A DNA stretch of 64,000 nt from NCBI GenBank assembly GCA_965112735.1, contig OZ218965.1, positions 682,001 to 746,000 on the forward strand. The letters run 5' to 3'. This stretch comes from Phaeosaccion multiseriatum. Lineage: Eukaryota > Protista > Ochrophyta, other classes. The notes under the pieces are model-generated. The model searched no databases. It worked only from the letters and a program-made list of their open reading frames with translations, and had not been told where the DNA came from. The position numbers were made by a program, and so were the translations under genes. Shown one piece after another: positions 34,822-49,966 of this stretch (position 1 is the first letter of the stretch; each line of letters starts with the position of its first letter).

Positions 34822-37800
34822 GCACCGGCATATAGGCAGGGTCGCAGCAGCAGCAGCAGCAAGCAGCAGCAGCAGGTCAAGACAAGCTGGTCAGGGGTGG
34901 TGAATGCAAGCATTTATTGATTCCCTCCCTCCAATCGAAGAGGGGGGGGAGGGGGTGAGGCCCTGCTCGAGGTCCTGCTGCCGTAAGTCAGCAATCACCC
35001 TCTCGCCAAGAGCAACGACCAACACCTCTCCGACGACGAAAATCGGCAGGCACATCGAAAAGAGGCAACCCACCGACTACCTACATGCAGGCAACAGGGT
35101 GAATAAACCACGGAAAGAACACTCAGCTCCAACCCCCCCCCCCCTCCCAAACATGCCCAAGTTTCTTACCGCCAATCGCCTCTCCAGCGCCTCCGAGCGC
35201 CTCCTCGCGTCGCTGTCCAAGTCATCGTTCTCTCTGGACAACAGTAGCAGCTCCGCCGCCGCCTCGAGCTGCAGCCTCGCGCGGCTCACTCTCTCCTCAG
35301 AGGCCCGCTGCGTCTGAGTGACGCGCATCAGCGATTGCTGCTTCACGCGCAGCTGACTAGACACGGCCGACAGCAGCGCCGATGCCCTCTGATGCGTGGG
35401 GGTGGGGTTTGGGGATGCGTTATATATATATATATAATATATACATATATATAATATATATATAATATATATATATGGTGGGTGGGGTGAGGGCACGGAG
35501 GTGAGTATATGTACATATCAATAAGAGGGGTTTTGGGAGGTATCAAGTACCACGCTCAAAGAAAGAAGAGCTCCCAAGTGCGTTCTTGGCGAAGGAACGC
35601 AAATGAGGCAAGGCACACAAAAGATCAGCACCGCGCGGTGTCGGTCTGAAAGGACAAGAACGACGGACGGACGGACCTGCACTCTGGCCTTGACGTCGTC
35701 GTCTGGCGCGGCGGCTGCCGTATCACCAACGGCTGTGTCGCCAACGGCTGTCCTCGGCCGCTGGTTGCTGAGCTGTACGCCGTTGACGAGACTCTCCACC
35801 TGCTGCAGTGTCTCTTCCGTCTATGGAGAGGGAGGATGAGAGGGAGGGAGAGAGGGAGCGAGGATTGAGAGGGAGGGAGAGAGGGAGCGAGGATGAGAGG
35901 GAGGGAGAGAGGGAGGGAGGGACTGCTGTGAGAAGGGATGGACGGGGAGGGGAGGCTAAGTGAGAAGGGAAGGGATGGACGGGGAAGGGAGGCTAAGTGA
36001 GAAGGGAAGGGATGGACGGGGAGGGGAGGGGAAGGGAGGCTAAGTGAGGTTGCTTGCTTGCGCATGTCGCATGATTGATGAGGAGGTGGTGATTCAGACA
36101 AGGGGGGCGCGAGCAGCAGCAGCAGCAGCAGCAGTTGGTGATACAGAAGCAGTTGGTGATACTGCAGCAGCAGCAGTTGGTGATACAGAAGCAGTTGGTG
36201 ATACTGCAGCAGCTTTGTTGTATGCAGAGCTCCCTCGCACTGCTCTGACAGGCAGCGAAAGGCAGGGGATGGCAGCGAATGGCAGACCATGGCAGCGGAT
36301 AGTGGGGCTCCTCCTCAAGGAATGACTGACTGACTGACTGATTGACTGACTGACCTGCGCAGAGCCGATGCCGTGCACCTCCGCCAAGGTGCGTAGAGAA
36401 GAGGCGCGCTCGGCGAGTTGGGCCACCGAGGCTGCCACCGCACATACGCACGCACACGCACACACACACGCACACACATACGCACACACACGCGCACACA
36501 CACACACACACCGGGCAGCAACAGGATCATTGACAAGGAGGATTGTTCGTTCGTTCGTTCGTGAGACAGAGACACAGACAAGCAAGCGGGACGAGACCGA
36601 CACTGACGAGGGAAAGGAGATAAGGTGAGGAGGAGAGGAGGGAAGGAGGCACAAGGGCAAGGCAGTGGAGGGAAGGAAGCTCTGCAGCTTGCAGGTCAAG
36701 ACAGTGCGAAATTGAACCGCCACCCCACCCCAATCGGATCCACAGGCAAGGCCCCATCCGCTGCCATCCATATCATCTCCATCCCACCCCACAGCACTTG
36801 ATTGACAGACTGACCTGAGAAAGCTCGCTCCTGCTGCTCGGCCCTCTGCCTCTCTCGCAGCACCTCCTGTGCCCTCTGCCGCAGAAGCTGCACCCCCTCC
36901 ACGGCCGCCTGCACCACCGCCGCGAGCTTGGCCCTTCCCTCCTCCGTGACCCATTCCAGCAGGGATGAGTTGGCGGCTGCATGACCTGCTTCCATGGCCT
37001 CCTCCGCCTGTCGCAGCATCGCTTCAATGCCTCCATTGATGCTTTCATCGGTGCCTCCCCCTCCTACTCCCTCCGCGGCCGGCCAGACTTTTTCCTTGGC
37101 CTCCTTGTCCTCCTCCTCCTTGCCCTTTGCCGCGTCTCCTCCTTCCTTAGCACCTCCTTTCTCCTTGCCCCACCCCACCTTTGCCGCCACCGGAACAGCA
37201 GCAACATTCGCACCCGCGACCCCACCTGCTGCTTGTTCTTGTACGCCTTCCTTCTTGTGCCCACCGGACGACAACGACAAGGACGATCCCGCCACGAGCA
37301 TGTCCCTCAGCCTCTCGAGTACGACCGCAGCCCGAACCATGGTCAGCTGCTCGCGGCTCTGAGCAGCGAGGGCAGCTCTGGCAGTGGATGCACTCGACAC
37401 CACGGCCGCCTCTAGGGCCTGCACGTGTGCGAAGGCCTGGCGGGCTGCGGCCTCGAAGCTCTCGAGAGTGTCCAGCTCGGGCGACAGGGCGGCGAGTTCG
37501 GCCACAGAGCTCGACGCGGCAGCCTCCTGTATCGAGAGGGGAAAGGAGGAGGTGTATGGGGAGGGAGGGGAGAATAGAGGCATATGGGGAGGGAGGGGAG
37601 AATAGAGGCAAATGGGGAGGGAGGGGAGTGTGTGGGTGCAGCTGACTGACGGAATGACTGACTGACTTACCCACTGACTGAATCGACTAAGCGACCAACC
37701 ACCTGACTCATTCACTCTCACTTACTCACAAACTTCTGCTGTCTGCCTGCCTGCCTGCCTCACTCACTCCCTCACTGACTCTCTTGAAACCAGGTCGATA

Positions 37801-38481
37801 TGACTGGCTGACTGACTGACTGACTGACTGACTGACTGACTGACTGACTGACTGACTGACTGACTGACTGACTCTCTCACTCCCTCACTGACTCTCTTAA
37901 AACCAGGTCGGCATGACTGACAAACCGACCGACTGACTGACTGACTGACTGACTGACTTACACCCTCACTCACTCACTCACTCACACACTCACTCACTGA
38001 CTGACTGATGACTGACCTCTGCTGACACCAGGTGCTCGAGCATGACCGGGTCCGTGCTCTCCGCCGTGGACACGGCCGCTGCGATGCGGGCCTTGAGACC
38101 AATGACCTGACTCACACTCCTGTGCTTGCGCATTCGCTCCTCCTCCACCCGTTGCTTGGCATGCGAGACCTCCTGCTCTTCTCTGGACACGGCGGCTTCA
38201 AGGGCGGTTACGGCTGCCTTGGCTCCTGTAAGGGCCGCAGTCTGTCCTCCTGCTCCGCTGACCTGAGCGGCGGCTTTAGATGCGAGGTCTGCGCAGCTCT
38301 CCACCTGGGGAGGGGAGGGGAGGAGGGGGGGTGAGGAAGGAAGGGTAGAGCGAGAAGGAAGATCAGCCGTCGGGTTAGGTTCCTTTCCTTCCCACCCACT
38401 GGAGAGTGGAGAGAGGGGAGGGGCAGACAGACAGACAGACAGACAGGCTGACTGACTGATTGACTGACTGACAGAGGGATC

Positions 38482-38517
<36 letters not shown>

Positions 38518-41500
38518 GCAATGCCGCTCCCGTCCACGTCACTTCTCGAGCTCGAGCAAGAGGAAGGACACGTCTCAGGAGCGCGATAGAGTGAGTAAGA
38601 AGATATCAGTTCGTGTCAGAGAGTGTGTGCCCGAGTGACGGACTGACCTGCTCAAAGGCGTCTCTCACGGCAAGGCCGTTGCCAATGACGCTGAGGGGGC
38701 TTCCATCCCCCTCCCTCGCTGCCCTCATGCATGCGTAGTGCCTCTTGAGCAGGAAGCCCACCTGCCCGGCAAGCTTCTCCGACTGTCTACGCACCTCCTG
38801 CCTCTGCCCGAGCACCTGAGAGAGAGAGAGAGATGGAGAGGGGTGGGAGAGAGTGAGGGAGGGAAAGAGAGAGAGATGGAGAGGGGTTGGAGAGAGTGAG
38901 GGAGGGAGAGGGAGAGAGGGGGAAAGGGTGGGAGAGAGTGAGGGAGGGTGAGGGAGAGAGGGGGACAGGGGTGGGATAGTGAGGGAGGGAGGGAGAGAGG
39001 GGCGGAGGGAGCGAGAGCAAGGGATGTGGTGCAGGGGCATGCGTAGGGCTAAGCTCCGTCCTCCCTCCCTCCCTCCCTCCCTCCCACCCACCTCATCCAC
39101 CGCCTTGGCCGCCTGCTTGATGCTGCTGCTCGCCTCGGAAACCAAGGCCTTCACCTCCTCCCCACGCCCGCCCGGAGTCCCAACACCCCTGCTTCCTCCT
39201 GCTGTTGGTCCAGACGAGGAGAGGGGCGCGAAGGCCCCTTGGCCGAGGGTGGAGGCGAGCAGGTTGGAGGGGGTGAGGAAGGCGTTGGGGCCAGCCGACA
39301 CGCAAGAGGCACGGGCCACACGAAGGGCCTCGGTGGCGGTTTCGGCAGAGAACTTGACAGAGCGATCCTGCTCCAACAGGCTCTCCTACAGGAGGGGAGG
39401 AAGGGAAGGAAGGAGGGAGGGAGAGAGGAAGGGAGGAGGGGAGGGAGGGAGGGAGGGAGGGAGGGAGGAGGGGAGGGAGGGAGGGAGGGAGGGAGGAGGG
39501 GAGGGAGGGAGGGAGGGAGGAAGGGAGGGAGGGAGGGAGGAGGGGAGGGAGGAAGGGAGGGAGGAAGGGAGGGAGGAAGGGAGGCTGAGGGGGTGGACAA
39601 AACAAAACCAAACACAGCATCTCCTCCAGAGGTCCACAGCACACCCACCCGCCTCCCCTCCCCGTGTACCAGCCACTCAATCACTCAATCACTCACTCAC
39701 TCTTGCTGACTTCGACACATACACACTCCCACCCTCCCTCCCTCGCCGCCCCCCTCCCTCCGTCCCTCAGTCACTCACCTGCCCCGCCGTCTGGCACACT
39801 GCCTCAAGCTCCTCCCCCATTCCATCCAACACCCTCAGACACTTGCGATAACCGTCCAAAGCAGCGTCGTACTCCCGCTTGGCCAGGTTGGTGGTGGACT
39901 GCAACTGTCCCACGGTCTCTGCAGCGGCGGCGATGGCTTGCTCGACTTTGAGTTCGCTAGCCCATGTGTTGGCGACGGCTGCAGCCCGCCGGTTCTCTTG
40001 CTCCTCCTCCCCCGCCACACCACCTCCTCCTCCGGAGGTGGCAACGGCGTCGAGCATTCCCAATCCTTCCTCGTCCCCCTCCTGCTCCTCCTCTTCTTCC
40101 TCCTCTTCCTCCTCCTGATCCTGATCCTTCTCCCCGTGCTTGTCCTCCTCCTCCTTCTCCTTCTCCTCCTCCTTCTCCTCCTGCTCCGCCCCAAAGTCCG
40201 TAAAGAGCTTATGTGCCACCGTCACCACCTCACATGCCCGCTTCACATCCGCCTCACACAGCTGCACCAACCCCGGCCCCGATGCGCTAATCATCGCCAC
40301 CAAGCCCTGCAAGTGCAACAACGCCCCTGCCAGGGCCTCCCTCTGCATCGCCCTCTTACGCACTGCCAAGGTCCCTGCCTCCTCCCACAAGGCCGTTGCG
40401 GTCTCTGCCTTTGCCGCTGCCCGACGGAAGCACTCGAGCTCCTCCATCGTCCTTGCCATTGTATCCACGACACCCCCTCCACCCCCACTCCACCCTGCCT
40501 GTCCTTCGGTGGCGGAGGTTAAAGAGAGGGTCGACCTCAGCCTTCGCTCGCCCCTCTGCTCCTCCTCCACAGCGGCCGAGGAGGCCAGCGTGGCGCTGCG
40601 CTGCTCGTAAGCGTGTTGGGCACCTTGATAAGCCTCTCTCGCCTTAGCAAGGGCCTCCTCCACAGTCTTGGCATCATTCGCCGCCGCCTTCCCTTTCACC
40701 CGACCCCCTCCGAAGCTGCCCATAAGCAGCTCCACTCTGGACTCGAGGCTCTGCAGTCGCAGTAACGCCTCCTCCAACAGCTGAGTGAGGGAGGCGTCTT
40801 CCCTCCTCTCCGTATCCGCTCTTCGTGCAGCCTCCGCCAGGCCCGTCTCGGCCTTTTGCACCGCCGCTTCGGCCGCATTGACATGCTTGGACAGTTTGGT
40901 GTGGAGCATCGCCGTTGACTCCCGGACCGCCCGCTCCCCCGCCCCCGCCGCACCTCCTCCTCCCCTCGCCCCTCTTCCTCCTTCCTCCTCCTCTCCTCCC
41001 CCCACTCCCACCACCTGGGGCTCACTCTCGAGCTCCGAGTTGAGGCGATCAAGCGCGGCATTGGCCTCGGCAAGGGCAAGCTCCGAGTTGGCATGGAAGC
41101 CCGACTGGCGCTGACCGAAGATCGTCTGCCTCTGACCGGAGCGGAGAGGGGCGGACCTGTCCCCGACCAATCCGCCCCCCACTCCCTTGTGCTGTACCTG
41201 CCTTGCCACAGAGAGCCTCTTGGACAAGGCCATGGATCTCCTCCTCGACGAGCTCCGAAGCTTCTCCGCCCCCTCCGCCGCGCCCGTCGCCAGGACCAGA
41301 GCCTCTTCCGCCGCTCGCACCTCCCTCTCTGCCCCCGCCACCGCCTCCCGCAGCGCGCTGGCGGTCATGTTGGTGATACTACTCTGACCGTCGTCGTCGC
41401 CGTCGCCATTGCTGATGCTACTCTTGTTGGTGGTGCTACTGCTGCTGCCAGCCTGTGCCACAGCAGCAGCTGCCCTTGAGACGGCCGAGGAGGCGGAGAG

Positions 41501-44500
41501 GAGCGGAGCTGCCATCATGAGCGACACCATCTTGGCTCCCGTGTCAGCGCTGTGGTCCAGGTCCTCCACACGCCGCTGCAACCCCGCAATGGCCACGTGA
41601 GCCGTCCGCATCTCTTGCTCGATAGCCTCGCGTCGGGCCTTGCCTGGGCGGGGTAGAGAACGGGGGTGCGTGTGTGCATGAGTGTGTCAGTACGTGAAGC
41701 AAACATACACACTGAGACAAGACTATACCCATCCATCCACTGGCATCCATCCACTGCCATCCATCCATCCATCCACTGCCATCCATCCATCCATCCATCT
41801 ATCCATCCACTGCCATCCATCCATCTATCCATCCATCGGCCTCCCCACCTCACCCCACCCTATCGCATCATCATCCGTATGCCCTCCTTCCAGTCGCTCG
41901 CTTCTTCCCACCGCCCCACCTGCTCGGAGCTCCCCCTCGCATCTCTCAACAGCGGCGATGGCTTCCTTGGTGCGAAGCTTGCGAGAAGAGGCCGTTTGCG
42001 CGCGGGCGGAGCCACTCTCCTCGCCCGCCAGCACCCGCCCAGTGATAGCCTGGGGAGAGGGAGGGAGGGAGGGAGGGGGGGAAGGGCGGGAGGGAGGGAA
42101 AGCGCGCCAGAACGCGCCAAGTCGCGTCGTAGTGAAGGTATGTGGTGTGAGTATAGACCACAGAGTATGGGGTACAAGGTATTGGGAATAGGGTATAAGG
42201 CATTTGGACACAGTGCGGTAGGTGAGTGCAAACCCCACCTCTCCCTCCCTCCCTCCCTCCCCTCCCTCCCTCCTTCCCTCCCTCCCCTCCCTCCCCTCCC
42301 TCCCCTCCCTCCCCTCCCTCCCCTCCCTCCCTCCCTCCCCTCCCTCCCTCCCTCCCTCCCTCCCTCCCTCCCTCCCTCCCTCCCTCCCTCCCCTCCCTCC
42401 CTCCCTCCCTCCCTCCCTCCCTCCCTCCCTCCCTCCCTCCCTCCCTCCATCTCACCTCCCTCGCAGCCTTCACCGCAGCATCGGCGTTGCTCACCGCCCG
42501 AGCAATGCCCTCCTCCTCACTCAGCCCGGCCAGCGCCGCCTTGCTCTTGATGGCCAACAGCTTGCTCGCAGCAGGCTCCAACAGATCGAGCTCCTGCTTC
42601 CTCTCTCGATCCTCCACTGCCCTCTGGGCCTTCACCATTTCAAAAACTTCTCTCAGGCGATGTCGGAGGGACAGTGCCACCTCCACCCTCCCTTCAAACT
42701 CGTCGAGAGAGCAAGGAGGAGGAGGAGGGGAGGAGGAGTCGAATTCGAGGGAGGAAGGGTCACAGGTGGCGCCTTTGAGAGCATCTCCGACGGCGGCTTG
42801 GACTTGATGAAGGGCTTGAACGAGGGAAGGCACGTCGTCCAGCTGCTGCTCGATGGCCTGTTGGCATTTCGTGGTGGTGGTGGTGTTGGTGTTGTGGGGG
42901 TGGGTACATACGAACATCAGAGAGAATATATAGAGAGAGGGGGGCAGAGAGAGAGGCGGGGGGGGGAGAGAGGGTGAGAGAGGGAGGGGGAGGGAGAGAG
43001 ACGATGACAAGCGGGCAGAGTGAGAGGAACACATGAAGTCCCCCTTCTAAGACTAAGGAGGATAGAACCCCTGTGGTTTGCGTCAAACACCCCTCCTCAG
43101 CTGCCTGCCATCCACCCTCCCTCACCCACCCCTCTGCTGCCATCCACCCCTCCCTCACCCACCCACCTGCTGCCTGACAGCCACCACCTCCCTCTCCACG
43201 CTGTGCAGGGCCTGCAAGCGCTCCTCCCTAAGCGTCTCCTCCTCGATCCTCCTCTCCTCCGCCTCGCACGCCTCGCGAGCCTCCTCCGCTAGCCGTACCG
43301 CCTCCGCTACCGCCCCTGCATACGACTCCACCGCATGCCCTGCTAGAACCTGTTTGGTGATACAGAGGGAGAGAGGGAGAGAGGGAGGGAGGGGGGGTGA
43401 ATCTCGTTCATTCATGTGTGCATTCGTTCGTTCGTTCCTTCCTTCCTTCCATCCTTCCTTCCTTCCTCCCTTCCTTCGTTCTCCCTTTCTCCTCGTTCGT
43501 GAGTGGCATTCACCTCCACACCCATATGCCCTGCCCTGCCGTGCCCTGCCCCAGCACGAAAACCCTCTGAGCCCCTGAGCCGCTACCTGGGTGGCCGTAG
43601 CGACAGCCGCACGGGCTCTTTTGTTGACATCCGCCACCGCCGGAGTACACAGCACTGTAACAAGGTTGCCGCTGCTGTCCTGCAGAGAAGGAGCCGCTGC
43701 CAGGCTGTCCAACACACTGGCAGCGTAGCTCAGTTTGCCCTTGAGGCCTGCCCTCGCCTCCTCCACTTGGTTCCTCTCTCGGGTGAGGGCGGCGCAAATG
43801 TCGTCGGCCTCATTCACCACTTGCAGCACCTCCATCACCTGGGGGATGGATGGCAGCGGATGGGGATGGCAGTGAATGGGAGGGTAGCAGGGGAAGGCGA
43901 CAGGGAAAGGGAGATGGGAGTCGGTGCGGTGGAACGGGGCGGGATGGGTGGGAGGTTGGGTGACAGGGACCCAAGGAGGGGCATTGGACTGAAAATACTG
44001 ACAATACGAGAGTTAGAACAATAGAGACATCGAAATCGACTGCTCCGTCCTTCACTAGCCCTTCACCAACCCTTCACCAACCCTTCCCTTCGCTTTCCTT
44101 TCCTTCCCTTGCCTTCCCTTTCCTTCCCTTCCCTTCCCTTCCTTTCTCACCTTTTGCCTGCGAGCTTCGAGGTCCAGACCCTCAAAGTCCACCATGTACT
44201 CATACTCGTCGTCCTGGCGAAGCGGAGCAGTTGGTGATACACATGGAGAGAGGAAGAGGGATAGGGAGCTGAGCGTGGGCGTGGGGGGCGAGAGACGATT
44301 ATGATCTTTGCACCAGAGAGAGGGAGAGAACACACAGACACTGTGCCCACACAGGCGCCGCCTCCCTCCCTCCCTCCCTCCCTCCCTCCCCCCCTCCCTT
44401 CCTTCCTTCCTTCCTTCCTCTCTCACCTGGTCTCCCCCCGCGGTGCTCATTGCCCTCTCCTCCCCTCCTCCCGCCATCGACAAGGCGTGTTGAGCCGTTG

Positions 44501-44816
44501 CAGCTGCCGCAGCCGCCGCCATATCATCCTCTGGAGCAGGCCCTACAGAGCCTCGATGGGCGGATTGGGAGCCTCGACGGTTGGCAGCAGAGTAACCGCC
44601 ACCGCTGCGACTCTCTTCATAGGCCTGCTGAGAGGCCCGGCGATTGGCCAGTCCATAGCCGCTGCTGCGCATGTTGTTATCCTCGTGGGGTGCCTGTGAG
44701 CCTCGGCGGTTGACGGCCCGGTTCAGGGCCCTTCGCATGGCGGTTGATCTCACCTGCCGAGAGATGGGGGGAGGGAGGGGGAGAGAGAGGGGGAGAGGGT
44801 GGGTTGGAGGAGGAAG

Positions 44817-44850
<34 letters not shown>

Positions 44851-47800
44851 GGGAGGGAGGGAGAGAGGGAGGGAGAGAGAGAGGGTGGGAGAGAGAGAGG
44901 GTGGGAGAGAGAGAGGGTGGGTTGGAGGAGGGAGGGAGGAAGAAAGAGAGGGAGAGAGAGAGAGGGTGGGTTGGAGGAGGGAGGGAGGGAGAAAGAAAGA
45001 GAGGGAGGGAGAGAGGGAGGGGGTGGGTTGTAGGAGGGAGAGGGAGAAGGAGAGAGGGGACACTGACCCACACTACCGACCCCACGCCCTAAACCACATG
45101 ACTGACTCCAGGCCCTGCCCCAAGACCCATATGAACGACTGACTCAAAACGCTGCCCCCCAAGACCCATATGAATGACTGGCCCATATGAATGACTGGCC
45201 CATATGACTAACTCAAAACTCTGCCCCAAGACCCATATGACTGACCTGCCCGTCCGTGTTGCGTGTGGACACGAGCTCCATCTGCTGGAAACGCAGCAGC
45301 TCCGATCGGCAGCTGTCCAGGCCCCTGTCCGCCAGCCGCACCGTGCCGGCGAGGGAGGACGTGTCCCATTCCGTGAGTAGCGCCATGTGACCCTGACGAG
45401 GGCATGCACGCACGCACGCACACACAAAGACATACACAGAGAGAGAGGGAGATGCACCACGACAGGCAGGTCCGAGGAGTTGTGAGCGAGCGCGAGAATG
45501 AAAGAAGGAAAAGCAGAGCCTACCTAACCCTCTGCCCCCCTGTATGCCCCCAAGCAAGCATTCCGCCCTACCTCTCTCCCTCCTTCCCCCTCCCTCCCTC
45601 CCGCCCTCCCTCACGCCCTACCCCTCTCCCTCCTTCCCCCTCCCTCCCTCCCCTCCCTCCCTCCACCCTCTCTCTCCCTCCTCGCCTCCTCCCCTCCCCT
45701 CCATCCCTCCCTCCCCTCCCTCCCCTCCCTCCCCTCCCTCCCCTCCCTCCCCTCCCTCCCCTCCCTCCTTCCCAACCCTCACCTGCACTCCCTTGAGGCG
45801 TGCCTGCCCGTTGTCCAACAGCTCCAACAGCTCAGCCCTCTCCCTCGCCTCCTGCTGCTTGAGCTCCAGGGCCGCATCCACTGCCATCCTGTAGCTCCTG
45901 AGCTTCTTGCTGAGGGCGTCAAGTGCCGGTTTGAGCTGGGCCGTTGCCGTGGCGGCGTCTGCATTAGGGTTGGTGTTGTAGGACTCCACCCCCTGTGCAT
46001 TGCGAAGGGCGTTGGCGCAGTCGTCAGCCGCCATCTTGACCTGTTGGTGATACAGGGAGGGAGGAAGGGAGGGAAGGAGGGGGTGCGTGAGTGAGTGAAT
46101 GAGTGAGTGGGTGAGTGAGCGAGTGAGTGAGTGGGTGAGTGAGCATGTGCGTGAGTGAGCCAGCCTTCCTTCGTCCCTCCTTTCCTTAGAGGGTGAGTGA
46201 GTGAGTGAGTGAGTGAGTGAGTGAGCGAGTGAGTGAGTGGGTGAGTGAGCATGTGCGTGAGTGAGCCAGCCTTCCTTCGTCCCTCCTTTCCTTAGAGGGT
46301 GAGTGAGTGAGTGAGTGAGTGAGAGCCCCCCTCCCTCCCTCCCTTCCTTCCTGAGCCGCCACACTGACCTTGGGCTGTGAGTGCACCCGATGCATGCTGG
46401 CGCGTGCGCGAATGTCGTTGAGCTCCCTCTGACAAGAGTTGAGCCTGTGGGCAATGTAGTTGGCCTGGATGCCCATCCACCAGCGTTGGATACGGCGAAC
46501 CTGAGACGGGGAAGGGGCAAGTGGAATGAGATGGGGGGGGGGGAGGAGAGTAAGTCAGTGAGGGAGGGACAAAGTGAGTGAGAGTGAGTGAGTGAGTGAG
46601 TGAGTGAGTGAGGGAGGGAGTGAGTGAGGGAGTGGGTGAATGAGTGAGGGAGGGAGTGAGTGAGTGAGAGAGGAACGGAGTACCGACAACTTCCAAGTCC
46701 TGACACCCTTTTACCGATACTAACCATAGGCCCTATCATCCTGTTCTGAATGCCCTCGAGCAGCATGAGCACGTCGGCCTGCATGAAGAGCTTGGTGCTA
46801 CCCAACTGGTACTGCTCCGCCCGGACCTTCGCCACCACCGCGGGGTGCATCATGTAACGGGCGGCAATGTCTCGCGCAGAGGTCCCTTGTTGTTGCTGTT
46901 GGGTACCCCCTTGTTGTTGCTGTTGGGTACCCCCCTGTTGTTGGGGTGCCCCCCCCCCTCCCTCTCCCGCCTTGGAGAAGTAGGAGCCGATGTGCTTGGT
47001 GCCAAGCACGCGGAATTGCTTGACAAAGTCGTCGTATCTGTGAGTAGTGAGGAGATCGCGAGACGGGAATGGGGTGGGGTGGGGTGGGTCATGTAAGTAC
47101 CACATAGCATCAGCCTCAGCAGTTGGTCATACAGCGACAGCAGTTGGTCACACAGCATCAGACACAGCCGTTGGTCATACAGCAGTTGGTCATACAGCAT
47201 CAGACACAGCAGTTGGTCATACAGCGACAGCAGTTGGTCACACACCCTTAGCCGCTGCCCTAGCCCCAGGCCAAGTATTCACTCAGCCCCTCAGTCACTC
47301 AGTTATTCACTCGCTCACTCACTCACTCACCCGCTCACTCACTCACTCACTCACCCGCTCACTCACTCACTCACTCACTCACTCACTCACTCACCCACTC
47401 ACTCCCTCCCTCACTCACTCACTCACTCACCCACTCACTCACCCACTCACGCACTCACTCACCCACCCACCCACTCACCGGCTCACTCACTCACTCCCTC
47501 ACTCACTCACCCACTCACCCACTCACCCACTCCCCCACCCACTCACCAGCTGACTCACTCACCCACCCACTCACTCGCTCGCCCACTACTCACTCACTTA
47601 CCCACTCACTCACGCACTCACTCAATCACTCACTCACTCACCAGTTCACTCACTCACCCACCCACCCACTCATTCGCTCACTCACTCACTCACTTAGACC
47701 TCACTCACTCACTCACTCACTCACTCACTCACTCACTCTCTCACTCACTCACTCACTCACTCACTCACCCGATTCGCGTGGGGTAGCCTGCACGGCGCAC

Positions 47801-48488
47801 ATCGAGTGCAGCGGTGACTCCCGAGCACACGAGCTGATTGAGCACTCGCGGCTTGTCAATGAGGGAAGGGCGCAGCAGGTCGTTGCTTTTGATGCAGCGC
47901 ACAAAGCGAATGTGTGTCTGCTGTAAGTCGTCAGTCAACTCTCGCAGCTGGGTGAGGAAGCGGCTCGCCACTGTCTGCCCTGCGAAGCGCTGTCCTCCTC
48001 CTCCTCCTCCTCCGGAAGGAGAGGAAGGAGAGGCGAAAGAACTCGTCCTGTGGTGGTGCTTCTTGGTGGAAGGGGCCTGGGCGGTGCCGCTGGGGGCGAA
48101 CATTGCCCGAATGAGGGGGGACGACGACTGCTGCATCACCTGAAGGGGGGGGGGGAGGAGGAGGAGGAGGAGGTGGTGGTGGAGGAGGAGGGGGGGGAGG
48201 GGGGAGGATGGCAGTGGATGAGTGGGGCAAGGCAAGAGGAGCACGGGTATGGGCGAATAAACTCAACAGCATGGGTACAATGACGTGACCATGGTCAGAT
48301 AAACTGAAACTGTATGGTCTGATAAGCTGAAACTGAAACTGGATGTGATTACCTCCTGCACATTGTTGAGGAGCTGGTCTCTGTTCTTCTCCAGGAAGCC
48401 ATCTGTGCTGTAGACGATAGGGCCGGCGTAGTGGATGATGATAAAGTCCTTGTCCTGGGGGGGGGGGGAGGGCGGAGGAGAGACATTT

Positions 48489-48523
<35 letters not shown>

Positions 48524-49918
48524 GGGGGGGGGGGAGGAGGAGGAGAGATAAAAGAAGAGAGATACACAGAGAGAGGGAGAGAGAGAGAAGAGACCAAGAG
48601 GAAGAGGCAGAGGCAGAGGCAGAGGCAGAGAAAAAGAGAAACACTGGCGTCACAGATGGCGTACCGAGGTGAAGGATCCGTCCTTGTGCTTCCACCTTGT
48701 GTCGATGCCTGCGGGTTCGTAGTTGGGGTGTGCCCTGTGAGTCTTGTGGAACTTGGCCACAAGAGACACGTTGGAGCCCGCACCGCCACGCATGGCCTCG
48801 CTGAGGGAGGGCGGAGGAAGAGGGGAAGAGGGGAAGGGGGGAAGGGGGGGAAGGGGAGGGAGAGAGAATAGAGAGAGAGACAGTAGTGGAGTGGGTGGAG
48901 GGCGTCTCAGTCAGTTGTCCTCCGTTGGAAACACAAAAGAGTCCAAACACAGCGCTCCACTCAAGCCCCTGCTGCCCTGCCTCCTACTCTTCCCTAAGCA
49001 CCCTTTCCCTCAACCCTTACACACACATATACGTAATTCTTCGGTTGATTCCGGCAAGTCAAATGAATTATACCCTCACAAATATACCTGTCCATGAAGG
49101 GCAACAAGCCGAGGGGGCGCTTGCTGAGAAGGTCGATGCAAGGTTGATTGTCAGGGAAGAGGTGTTTGTCCCACTCGATGTTCTCTTTCAGGTACTCTTC
49201 CTCCTCCTGCAGGTGCAGAGAGTACAGAGAGGGAGAGGGGGAGCGAAGAGAGAGAGAGAGAGGGGGGGGGGGGGAAGGGAGGGGAGGGAAGAGGAGAGCG
49301 AGAAGAGAGAGAGGTGGGGAAGGGGGGCGAGAGAGAGTGGGAGAGTTCGAGAGTGAGTTTTGTCCTTGAGGTCTCTCTGCTCTTCCCAAGGCAGGAGGCC
49401 AATGGCACAGACAGACAGAGCAAGCAGGCTCAAGCGTTGGGCATACAGCCGTGTGGAGGAGGAGGAGCGCGGAGACCGAAGACGAGGCGCAGGAGGGCAA
49501 GCGAAGGACAGCACAGCATCAGCACAGCACAGCACAGCACAGCAGTTGGTGATACAAGGCCAGTCACACCACGGCAGTTGGTGCTACAGCCCCAGCCCCA
49601 GCCCCAGCCCCCAGCAGTTGGTGATACACGCACCTGCTTGAAGATGACGTCATTGAAGAGGTACTGCAGCTGCTCGTTGGTGAAGTTGATGAAGAGCTGC
49701 TCGAAACCGTTGGGCTCAAGGTCCTCGAAACCGAAAATGTCAAGGATGCCGATGTAACGCTTCTCGCTGAGGAGGAGGAGGAGGAGCAGGAAGAGGAGGA
49801 GGAGGAGGAGGAGGAGGAGGGTTCAAGGGATGAGCGGGGGGAGGAAGGAGCAGGACTGGGGACCTGTGCACAGAAGAGAGGAGCAGAGGAGAACACACAC
49901 AGACACACACACACACAT

Positions 49919-49966
<48 letters not shown>

